Source: Bacteroidota bacterium (GTDB taxonomy: Bacteria > Bacteroidota > Bacteroidia > Flavobacteriales > Flavobacteriaceae). From it: DNA of 64,000 nt. The notes beneath the pieces were generated by a model, which saw nothing but the letters and a program-made list of their open reading frames with translations, searched no databases and was not told where the DNA came from. Each line of letters starts with the position of its first letter. The first letter of the stretch is position 1. The DNA lies in NCBI GenBank assembly GCA_051751125.1, contig JBNJKO010000009.1:62211-126210 (forward strand), in the 5' to 3' direction. Shown here one piece after another: positions 47,475 to 55,868 of this stretch. The position numbers and the translations under genes were made by a program.

Positions 47475-47522
47475 GTCAGTTCGAGCCCTTCGACTTCGCT
47501 CAGGACAGGCTGCGTCGAGAAC
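47475..47522 (+). repeat. GTCA-tagged REP-like hairpin, copy 3, with an enlarged loop
   Basis: GTCAGTTCGAGC-[insert]-GTCGAGAAC; the first 12 and last 9 nt are identical to copy 1. Confidence 0.85.
47487..47509 (-). repeat. Related GTC-tagged hairpin (copy 4) nested in the loop of copy 3
   Basis: Minus strand CCTGTCCTGAGCGAAGTCGAAGG shares the GAGCG(A/C)AGTCGA core. Confidence 0.7.
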
Positions 47523-47528
47523 TTCTTG

Positions 47529-49616
47529 CTAAGAAATCACCGTCCCATTCTCAACTCCATCGGTATCAGGGTTTAAAAACACCAGTTTTCCCTTGGCATC
47601 TTCGGTCATCAGGATCATCCCCTGACTTTCCACCCCGCGTAATTTCCTGGGAGCAAGGTTAACAAGTACAGTTACTTTTTTACCTATGATCTCTTCCGGT
47701 TTAAAACTTTCTGCTATCCCCGAAACGATGGTTCTAACATCCAATCCCGTATCAACCTTCAACACGAGCAGCTTATTGGCTTTTGGCATCTTTGTGGCTT
47801 CCACGATGGTTCCTGTACGCAGGTCCATTTTTGAGAAATCTTCAAAAGTAGCGGTTTCCTTTTGTGGTTCCAGCTTTTTATTTTCTGCTTCGTTAGCAGC
47901 TTTGGTAGTTTCCAGTTTTTCCAATTGTTCCTGAATTTGTTCTTCCTCAATTTTGCTGAAAAGCAATTCGGCTTTTCCTATTTTATGTCCCGATGAAAGC
48001 AATGCCTGTTTGGTGGATATCTCATCCCATGAAGTGGCTTCCTTTCCAGGAGCAGGAATACTTTCCTGTTCCATATTCAATATCTTTTTCAATTTTGCTG
48101 AAGTGAAGGGCAAAAATGGTTCGCTTAAGGTTGCAAGGGCTGAAGCTATTTGTAAAGCTACATACATAACGGTTTTCACGCGTTCCTCATCTCTTTTAAT
48201 AACTTTCCACGGCTCTTCATCTGCGAGGTATTTATTTCCAAGCCTGGCCAGGTTCATCAATTCTCCCTGGGCCTCGCGGAATCGGTATTTCTGAATAGAG
48301 CTTGCTATTACTGCAGGATATGCTCTTAAAGTGGCAAGGGTTTGTTCATCCACTTCAGAATAATCTCCGGGGGAAGGAACTTCTCCTTCGTAATACTTAT
48401 CTGTAAGCACCACTACCCTATTGATGAAATTCCCGAAAACGGCGACCAGTTCATTGTTATTCCTGGCCTGAAAATCCTTCCAGGTAAAATCGTTATCCTT
48501 TGTTTCCGGGGCATTGGCTGTTAAAACATACCTCAGCACATCCTGCTGCCCGGGGAAATCCTCAAGGTATTCATGCAACCAGACCGCCCAGTTTTTAGAG
48601 GTGGAAAGTTTCTTTCCTTCCAGGTTTAAAAATTCATTTGCAGGAACATTGTCCGGCAAAATATAACTTCCTTCTGCTTTTAAAATAATGGGGAAAATAA
48701 TACAATGAAAAACGATGTTATCCTTTCCTATAAAATGTACCAGTTTGGTATCTTTTGCTTTCCAGTAATCCTCCCAATTTTTTCCTTCCCGCTCTGCCCA
48801 TTCTTTTGTAGAGGAGATGTAACCAATGGGAGCATCAAACCAGACATAAAGCACCTTCCCATCTGCACCTTCAACGGGTACGGGAATTCCCCAATCCAGG
48901 TCACGTGTTACCGCACGGGGCTTCAGGCCGTCATCTATCCAGGATTTCACCTGCCCGTATACATTTACTTTCCAGTCCTTTTTGTGCCCTACCAGGATCC
49001 ATTCCTTCAGCCAGTCTTCATATTGATCCAGCGGTAAAAACCAATGCCTTGTTTCCTTCATTGTAGGAACTGCACCAGAAATAGCTGATTTAGGATTGAT
49101 AAGATCGGTGGCATTAAGGGATGAGCCGCAACTTTCACATTGATCTCCATAAGCCTCTTCATTTCCGCATTTGGGACAGGTTCCGGTTACAAAACGATCG
49201 GCAAGAAATTGGTCGGCTTCGGCATCATAAAGCTGCTTGGTAGTTTCTTCAATAAACTTTCCGTCTTCATATAATTTCCTGAAAATTTCAGAAGCTGTTT
49301 CGTGATGAATCTCAGCAGAAGTTCTGGAATAATTATCAAAGGACACCCCAAAATCAACAAAAGATTGCTTGATTATGGCGTGGTATTTATCTATAAGTTG
49401 TTGTGGCGAAATACCTTCTTTTTTAGCTTTCATCGGGATAGCTACTCCGTGTTCATCGCTTCCGCACACAAAAGCCACATCATTTCCCTGCATTCTTAAA
49501 AACCGTGCATAAATATCGGCCGGAACATAAACGCCTGCTAAATGTCCAATGTGAATGGGGCCGTTTGTATAAGGTAATGCTGCGGTAATGGTATATCGTT
49601 GTGGTGAAGTATTCAT
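47529..49616 (-). CDS. metG: Methionine--tRNA ligase with a C-terminal tRNA-binding (OB) domain
   Basis: HIGH motif, Zn knuckle CPKC...[19 protein letters not shown] and C-terminal GVESQGMIL. Confidence 0.97.
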   Translation of the reverse strand: MNTSPQRYTITAALPYTNGPIHIGHLAGVYVPADIYARFLRMQGNDVAFVCGSDEHGVAIPMKAKKEGISPQQLIDKYHAIIKQSFVDFGVSFDNYSRTSAEIHHETASEIFRKLYEDGKFIEETTKQLYDAEADQFLADRFVTGTCPKCGNEEAYGDQCESCGSSLNATDLINPKSAISGAVPTMKETRHWFLPLDQYEDWLKEWILVGHKKDWKVNVYGQVKSWIDDGLKPRAVTRDLDWGIPVPVEGADGKVLYVWFDAPIGYISSTKEWAEREGKNWEDYWKAKDTKLVHFIGKDNIVFHCIIFPIILKAEGSYILPDNVPANEFLNLEGKKLSTSKNWAVWLHEYLEDFPGQQDVLRYVLTANAPETKDNDFTWKDFQARNNNELVAVFGNFINRVVVLTDKYYEGEVPSPGDYSEVDEQTLATLRAYPAVIASSIQKYRFREAQGELMNLARLGNKYLADEEPWKVIKRDEERVKTVMYVALQIASALATLSEPFLPFTSAKLKKILNMEQESIPAPGKEATSWDEISTKQALLSSGHKIGKAELLFSKIEEEQIQEQLEKLETTKAANEAENKKLEPQKETATFEDFSKMDLRTGTIVEATKMPKANKLLVLKVDTGLDVRTIVSGIAESFKPEEIIGKKVTVLVNLAPRKLRGVESQGMILMTEDAKGKLVFLNPDTDGVENGTVIS

Positions 49617-49735
49617 TTATTCCTGAAATTTTTTTAGTCCGTAAAGGTAAGCATCTACTAAATAGTACACGTTAAAATCTTGCAAAAGACGCTTTCTGTA
49701 TGGGAATTCTGTCTATTTTTATCCAAACTTAACCA

Positions 49736-50308
49736 ATGAGAAAACTATTACTCCTGCTCACAGTCTTGAGCCTGGCATCCTGTAAAACCGCTAATAAACC
49801 TATAACAAGCCCTGCCGACCGATTTATGATTGAAGATCTTGTGGAATTAAATTCCGAAGAGATAAAAACCCGCTATCCGGATGCAGATATAAAGGTGGGA
49901 ATAGGAATTTATGAAGAAGGCACAGAAGAACGGCCTTATTGCATTTTATTCCCCGATACTCCCAACCATTTGGAAATAACCTGGAAAGATTTGGAGCGAA
50001 CAGAAATATACGATATCCGTTTTACCGAAAAAGGAAACTGGAAATCCTCTACAGGAATTGGAATTGGAACCACCCTTGACCAATTAAACCAGCTAAACAG
50101 CAAACCAGTTTCCTTCTATGGATTTGGATGGGACTACAGCGGCGCAGTAGTATGGAATGACGGAAAACTTGAAAACAGCGGTCTTTTTGTATTTCTTGAA
50201 GCCAGAAATATACCCGGAGAATTTTATGGAGATCATATCATAAAAGCTTCCGCAGAAGAAATAGTAGCATTAAATCTTAAAGTGCAAACCCTGATCTTTA
50301 AAAACTAA
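49736..50308 (+). CDS. Lipoprotein of unknown function
   Basis: Lipobox LASC; contains FYGFGWDYSG. Confidence 0.8.
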   Translation: MRKLLLLLTVLSLASCKTANKPITSPADRFMIEDLVELNSEEIKTRYPDADIKVGIGIYEEGTEERPYCILFPDTPNHLEITWKDLERTEIYDIRFTEKGNWKSSTGIGIGTTLDQLNQLNSKPVSFYGFGWDYSGAVVWNDGKLENSGLFVFLEARNIPGEFYGDHIIKASAEEIVALNLKVQTLIFKN

Positions 50309-50413
50309 ACCAACGACCAAATATCAGTAATAACCCCTATATCCAATTTTAAGCGCATTATGTAATTTCAATAGTTTCCGGTCTATCCGGTAAATAATCC
50401 ATAAAAGCGAACT

Positions 50414-50779
50414 ATGGCTGCACATAATGAACTCGGTAAAAAAGGAGAGGATCTTGCGGTAGAATTTCTTCTGAAAAAAGGATATGAAATTGTTGCCAGG
50501 AACTTCAAATATCAAAAAGCTGAAGTAGATATCATCGCGCGAAAATTAAATGTGCTTGCCATAATAGAAGTAAAAACCAGAAGTACACCTGATTTTGGAA
50601 GTCCGCAGGAATTTTTAAAAGCAAAACAAATACAGCGAATGGTAAAAGCAGTAGATAATTTTGTGACCGATCATAATATGGATGTACAGGTGCGCTTTGA
50701 TATTGTGGGTATTATTAAAAACAAAGCAGGCACCAAAATAGAACATTTGGAAGATGCTTTTTTACATTTTGGAGTATAA
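50414..50779 (+). CDS. YraN (UPF0102) family putative endonuclease
   Basis: LGKKGEDLA, EVDII, IEVKTR and RFDIV. Confidence 0.92.
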   Translation: MAAHNELGKKGEDLAVEFLLKKGYEIVARNFKYQKAEVDIIARKLNVLAIIEVKTRSTPDFGSPQEFLKAKQIQRMVKAVDNFVTDHNMDVQVRFDIVGIIKNKAGTKIEHLEDAFLHFGV

Positions 50780-50820
50780 AAAAAACCTCACTGAACTTTA
50801 AGAACTGTGAGGTTTTTTTT
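50778..50820. terminator. Bidirectional terminator between yraN-like gene and asnB
   Basis: AAAAAAAACCTCAC...GTGAGGTTTTTTTT. Confidence 0.8.
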
Positions 50821-50834
50821 AGAAATTTTATAGT

Positions 50835-52535
50835 TTATTCTACTTTTAAGGCTTCAGCTTTTTCTTCTTTTTTATAAGCTTCAGAATGCACGTTTGCCAC
50901 TGCCCTTCCTGAAGGATCATTCAAATTCCTGAAAGACTCATCCCACTCCAAAGCGGTTGGCGTACTGCAGGCAACCGAAGCTACCGAAGGAACAGAAAGC
51001 GCCGCGGCATCGCTGGGGAAATGCTCTGTAAAAACAGATCTGTAAAAAAATTCTTCCTTGCTCCTGGGTGGCTGAACCGGGAATTTGAAATGAGCATTTT
51101 TTAATTGTTCATCGCTCACCTGGGTATTAACCATCTCCTTTAAAGTATCGATCCAGCTATAACCAACCCCATCTGAAAACTGCTCCTTTTGTCTCCAGGC
51201 CACACTGGCCGGAAGGTAATCTTCAAAAGCTTTTCTCAAGATCCATTTTTCCATGCGTTCCCCGTTGATCATTTTCTCCTGCGGGTTAAGTCTCATGGCT
51301 ACATCCATAAATTCTTTATCCAGAAAAGGAACTCTTCCTTCAATTCCCCAAGCAGCAAGAGATTTATTGGCCCTCAGGCAGTCATATTGGTGCAATTTAT
51401 CCAGTTTTCTCACAGTTTCTTCGTGAAATTCCTTTGCGTTAGGGGCTTTATGAAAATATAAATATCCTCCAAAGATCTCGTCGGCTCCTTCTCCTGAAAG
51501 TACCATTTTTATTCCCATCGCTTTTATAGCACGCGCCATTAAATACATAGGTGTAGAAGCCCGGATGGTTGTTACATCATAGGTTTCCAGTTGATAAATA
51601 ACATCTTTAATAGCATCAATGCCTTCCTGAATAGTGAATTTTATTTCGTGATGCACCGTATCCAGATAGTCGGCCACTTTTCTTGCCGCAGCAAGATCCG
51701 GTGAACCTTCCAGTCCGGTTGCAAAAGAGTGTAATCTTGGCCACCAGGCCGCATCGGTATCCCCGCTTTCAATTCGTTTATCTGAATATTTTTTTGCCAA
51801 TGCTGAAGTAATTGAGGAATCAAGTCCGCCGGAAAGCAAAACCCCATAGGGAACATCGCTCATCAACTGACGGTGTACGGCTGCTTCCAGAGCTTCCCGA
51901 AGTTCAGCAATACTGGCCTCGTTATCCTTCACATTCTCATAATCCATCCAGTCACGGGTGTACCATCGCTGATATCCTTCTTCCTTACTGGACAAATAGT
52001 GCCCGGGAGGGAATAATTCTATTTTGGTACAATGTCCCTCAAGTGCTTTTAATTCGGAAGCGACATAAAAAGTTCCGTTTTGATCCCAACCTATATACAA
52101 TGGAATGATCCCCATATGGTCTCGGGCAATAAGATATTCATCCTTCTCCACATCATACAATGCAAAGCCAAAGATCCCGTTGAGCTCATCCAGGAATTTC
52201 GTTCCTTTTTCTTTATATAAAGCCAGAATTACTTCACAATCAGATTTGGTTTGAAAGTTATATTTTCCATCGAATTGTTTTCGTAAAGCCTGATGATTAT
52301 ATATTTCGCCATTGGCAGACAAAACCAGATTTTTATCTTCGCTTAACAAAGGTTGTTTCCCCGAGGTAGGATCCACAATCGCCAGACGCTCATGAGCTAA
52401 AATGGCTTTTTCATTGCTATAAATTCCGCTCCAGTCCGGACCACGGTGACGCAGGCATTTAGCCATGCTCAACAATTGGGGTCTTAACGATTCAGAAGAT
52501 TCCTTTAATTCGAACGCACATACAATTCCGCACAC
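50835..52535 (-). CDS. asnB: Asparagine synthetase B (glutamine-hydrolysing), GTG start
   Basis: N-terminal (M)CGIV nucleophile, HRGPD, NGEIYNH, LLSGGLDSS and SGEGADE. Confidence 0.96.
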   Translation of the reverse strand: MCGIVCAFELKESSESLRPQLLSMAKCLRHRGPDWSGIYSNEKAILAHERLAIVDPTSGKQPLLSEDKNLVLSANGEIYNHQALRKQFDGKYNFQTKSDCEVILALYKEKGTKFLDELNGIFGFALYDVEKDEYLIARDHMGIIPLYIGWDQNGTFYVASELKALEGHCTKIELFPPGHYLSSKEEGYQRWYTRDWMDYENVKDNEASIAELREALEAAVHRQLMSDVPYGVLLSGGLDSSITSALAKKYSDKRIESGDTDAAWWPRLHSFATGLEGSPDLAAARKVADYLDTVHHEIKFTIQEGIDAIKDVIYQLETYDVTTIRASTPMYLMARAIKAMGIKMVLSGEGADEIFGGYLYFHKAPNAKEFHEETVRKLDKLHQYDCLRANKSLAAWGIEGRVPFLDKEFMDVAMRLNPQEKMINGERMEKWILRKAFEDYLPASVAWRQKEQFSDGVGYSWIDTLKEMVNTQVSDEQLKNAHFKFPVQPPRSKEEFFYRSVFTEHFPSDAAALSVPSVASVACSTPTALEWDESFRNLNDPSGRAVANVHSEAYKKEEKAEALKVE

Positions 52536-52809
52536 AATATTTTTGTTTTAGTTATAATGCAAATATGCCCTATTGACTTATATCGACAAACCGTTTTACA
52601 ATAACTGCTTATAAACATAAATATTAATACAAAATTATTATAAAAAGTGTAAGCCTTATCTATCTATTTTATTGAATTGTGTTTCCATTTGAAATTTAGA
52701 AACTTATCTGTTGGCACTTTACCGACGCATTGCCGTATGCTTTCGTTTTTGAAACTGCTAAATCGAGATCTATTAACAAATTTATAAGTATATTGGTGAT
52801 TAGAAATTA

Positions 52810-52842
52810 AGCCCTCACAGGTTTTGAAAACCTGTGAGGGCT
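52810..52842. repeat. Long perfect palindrome (second REP family), copy 1
   Basis: AGCCCTCACAGGTTTT-G-AAAACCTGTGAGGGCT. Confidence 0.85.
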
Positions 52843-52882
52843 GCAATAAAATACGACTTCTTCTAAAGTGGATTTTCATTAA

Positions 52883-53803
52883 TTACTCTTCACTTTTCAC
52901 CCTTGCCATGTTCCGAAATTGATTGGGCGTTATCTTTTCAATGCGTTTAAATTGCCGGTTGAAATAGCTGGTATTATTAAATCCCGCTTTAGCTGCTATA
53001 TCCGTAAACCGGAAGGAAGTATTCTCGATGAGATTTTTCGCGAATTTAATGCGTTCCCCATTTAAAAAATCAATCGGGCTCTCGCCTATGGTATTTTTGA
53101 AAATTCTGTGGAAATTTGAGGTGCTCATACAAGCCTTATCTGCCAGTTTATTTACACTGATATTTTCTGTTAGATGCTCGCGCAAATATTTTACAATAAA
53201 TGCCATCCTGTTATTTTCAAAAAGAATTGAATTATCAACCAACATCGATTTTGCCCTGGTTTGCAATAATCTAATAATCAATTCTTTGACCATAAGATCC
53301 ACCAAAGCATCTTTGGCCTTATTGCTTCCTAAAAAAGTGGTAAATATCCGGTCTAAAATAAATTGAACCTGTTCATTGTTATTTAAATGAACGGAACTCT
53401 CCTCAAAATCATGAATATCATTTTCAAATTCTATCCGGGTATTTTGGTTAAAAAGCTCCACCGTTTCCCTTATTTTATCGGGAGAGATCCCCAGGGCTAA
53501 ACAACGGGTTGGGCTATTGGCAGCGGCAAGAGGAAAATCAATTGTCATCTTTTCATTTGCCTGAAGCACCACAGATTCCCCCGGAAAAAATTCGAAAGCT
53601 TCTTTGTTTTTCAGGTGCATAATTTTTTTACCGCTAAGCATACTTGCAATTACAGGGAAGCCAAATTGCAGATCTACATTTTCGGCAACCATATGAGTTT
53701 CAAAAACATTCAGTTCAGCATAATCTGCGCTGTATATCGTCCTGTTCTCAATAAGCGTATTGAGTTTTCGGCTGTTTTCGTGTTTTAATAAATTAGCATT
53801 CAA
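52883..53803 (-). CDS. AraC family transcriptional regulator (TTG start as tracked)
   Basis: C-terminal double HTH (LADKACMSTSNFHRIFK...IAAKAGFNNTSYFNRQFK); divergent from the aldehyde dehydrogenase. Confidence 0.9.
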   Translation of the reverse strand: MNANLLKHENSRKLNTLIENRTIYSADYAELNVFETHMVAENVDLQFGFPVIASMLSGKKIMHLKNKEAFEFFPGESVVLQANEKMTIDFPLAAANSPTRCLALGISPDKIRETVELFNQNTRIEFENDIHDFEESSVHLNNNEQVQFILDRIFTTFLGSNKAKDALVDLMVKELIIRLLQTRAKSMLVDNSILFENNRMAFIVKYLREHLTENISVNKLADKACMSTSNFHRIFKNTIGESPIDFLNGERIKFAKNLIENTSFRFTDIAAKAGFNNTSYFNRQFKRIEKITPNQFRNMARVKSEE

Positions 53804-53914
53804 AGTAGAAAATATTTATTAATTAGGTAGATATGTCATATTAAAATATAGAAATGTTCAAGTTTTGTATAATTAAATATAGTAGTTTACAATCAATTAA
53901 ATCAAAAAAACACT

Positions 53915-55414
53915 ATGAATTATTCAAAACCAAAATTTAAGGAGAAATATGGCAATTTTATCGATGGGAAATTTGTTGATCCCATTGATGGCCAATACTT
54001 CGAAAATCATTCCCCTGTAAACAATAAACTACTTGCGAAGTACCCGCGTTCCAACGAAAAAGACGTGAAAATGGTCCTGGAGGCTGCAAATAAGGCGAAG
54101 GATGCTTGGGGCAAGACATCTGTTGCTGAAAGAGCTTCAATTTTACAGCAAATTGCTGATGTTATTCAGGAAAATGCAAAGGAATTTGCTGAAATGGAAA
54201 CGGCAGATAACGGGAAAGCCATCCGGGAAACCGTAAATGCCGATGTGCCTTTGGCAGTTGATCATTTCAGGTATTTTGCATCCGTGATCCGGGCCGAAGA
54301 AGGCTCTGCCACTGAACTCAATGAAAACACCCTTTCACTTATCATCCGGGAACCTCTTGGGGTAGTCGCACAAATTATTCCCTGGAATTTCCCATTGCTT
54401 ATGTTGGCATGGAAAGTCGCCGGAGCGCTAGCCGCGGGAAACTGTGTGATTTTAAAACCTGCGGAACAAACCCCGGCCTCAGCGACGTTTTTAGCCGAAA
54501 AAATAGCGCATTTATTGCCTCCGGGAGTGTTCAATGTACTGCACGGTTTTGGTCCTGAAGCAGGAAAACCACTTGCATCTAGTCCTCTTGTAGACAAAGT
54601 TGCCTTTACCGGCGAAACCACTACCGGACAATTAATTATGCAGTACGCATCTAAAAATCTGAATCCCGTTACCATGGAATTGGGAGGAAAATCCCCGAAT
54701 ATATTTTTTAACAGCATTATGGATCATGATGATGCGTTTCTGGATAAATGTATTGAAGGCGCCGTGCTGTTTGCTTTCAACCAGGGGGAAGTTTGTACCG
54801 CTCCATCCCGATTGTTGATTCAGGAGGATATTTACGATGCATTTATCAAACGGGTTGTTGAAAGAACAGAAGCCATCGTTATGGGAGATCCTTTTGAAAT
54901 GAGCACGATGATGGGTGCCCAGGCATCTAACGATCAATTGGAAAAGATACTTTCCTACATTAAGATCGGGAAAGAAGAAGGAGCCGAAGTTTTATGCGGC
55001 GGCGGAGCAAAAAAATTAAATGGAGATCTGGAAAATGGTTTCTATATTCAGCCAACTATCTTTAAAGGGCATAACAAAATGCGGATCTTCCAGGAAGAGA
55101 TCTTTGGGCCGGTGTTGTCCGTTTGTACTTTTAAAGATGAAGCCGAAGCTATAGAAATTGCCAACGATACTATGTATGGTTTAGGTGCCGGGGTGTGGAC
55201 CAGAGATGCACATCAGCTTTATCAAATCCCTAGAGCCATTAAAGCCGGAAGGGTTTGGGTGAACTGTTATCACGATTATCCTGCACACGCTCCCTTTGGT
55301 GGATATAAAAAATCGGGTTTCGGAAGGGAAAACCATTTGATGATGTTAAATCATTACCGACAAACAAAAAACATGTTGATCTCTTACGATAAAAATAAAT
55401 TAGGATTCTTTTAG
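53915..55414 (+). CDS. NAD-dependent aldehyde dehydrogenase (AldB/ExaC-like)
   Basis: [28 protein letters not shown] (catalytic Cys), EEIFGPV and PFGGYKKSG. Confidence 0.95.
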   Translation: MNYSKPKFKEKYGNFIDGKFVDPIDGQYFENHSPVNNKLLAKYPRSNEKDVKMVLEAANKAKDAWGKTSVAERASILQQIADVIQENAKEFAEMETADNGKAIRETVNADVPLAVDHFRYFASVIRAEEGSATELNENTLSLIIREPLGVVAQIIPWNFPLLMLAWKVAGALAAGNCVILKPAEQTPASATFLAEKIAHLLPPGVFNVLHGFGPEAGKPLASSPLVDKVAFTGETTTGQLIMQYASKNLNPVTMELGGKSPNIFFNSIMDHDDAFLDKCIEGAVLFAFNQGEVCTAPSRLLIQEDIYDAFIKRVVERTEAIVMGDPFEMSTMMGAQASNDQLEKILSYIKIGKEEGAEVLCGGGAKKLNGDLENGFYIQPTIFKGHNKMRIFQEEIFGPVLSVCTFKDEAEAIEIANDTMYGLGAGVWTRDAHQLYQIPRAIKAGRVWVNCYHDYPAHAPFGGYKKSGFGRENHLMMLNHYRQTKNMLISYDKNKLGFF

Positions 55415-55422
55415 AAATAACT

Positions 55423-55782
55423 ATGCCTCACAAAAGAGTTGAAATAACAAAGGAAGCTGAAGAAATTGTCCGGCAACTGAAGCAACAGCATGGAGAAGTG
55501 ATTTTCCATCTAAGCGGAGGTTGCTGCGACGGTTCTTCACCAATGTTGCTACCTAAAGACGATTTTTATATAGACGATAATGATATTTTTTTAGGGGAAG
55601 TAGCCGGAGTGCCTTTTTATATGAGCCGCGACCAGTTTGAATATTGGAAACACACGCATCTCACGGTAGATTTAACAAATGGCAGAGGCTCCAGTTTTTC
55701 GCTGGAAATTCCTTTGGGAAAGCGATTTCTAATTCAATCCCGGTTGCTGACCGAAGAAGAAAGCGAGCATTTCAAAAAATAA
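55423..55782 (+). CDS. DUF779 family protein
   Basis: FHLSGGCCDGSSPM and GRGSSFSLEIP motifs; directly follows the ALDH gene. Confidence 0.9.
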   Translation: MPHKRVEITKEAEEIVRQLKQQHGEVIFHLSGGCCDGSSPMLLPKDDFYIDDNDIFLGEVAGVPFYMSRDQFEYWKHTHLTVDLTNGRGSSFSLEIPLGKRFLIQSRLLTEEESEHFKK

Positions 55783-55807
55783 TATTTTTTAATTATTCAA
55801 CAGATCC

Positions 55808-55839
55808 AGCCCTCACAGGTTTTAAAGCCTGTGAGGGCT
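55808..55839. repeat. Second REP family palindrome, copy 2 (also a likely bidirectional terminator)
   Basis: AGCCCTCACAGG-TTTTAAAG-CCTGTGAGGGCT followed by a T-run. Confidence 0.85.
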
Positions 55840-55868
55840 TTTTATTTAATTAATTCCCTCTTAGGAGT

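Noticed and set aside
47064-47522. Repeat cluster next to a nuclease read as a CRISPR array
   Set aside because: The repeats alternate in orientation, differ in stem sequence and have no uniform spacers; no cas genes are present.
47432-47662. 76-aa plus-strand ORF (MTYQPLDCARGD...)
   Set aside because: It is simply the translation of the REP cluster plus antisense metG, with no protein-like features.
1-52535. Apparent clustering of Asn/Asp genes (asnS, ansA, aspS, asnB)
   Set aside because: They are spread over 52 kb in unrelated operons on both strands with no shared motif seen; coincidence is sufficient.
52664-52879. 71-aa minus-strand ORF after araC
   Set aside because: It runs through the palindrome (QPSQVFKTCEG is its translation) and shows no recognisable domain; probably spurious.
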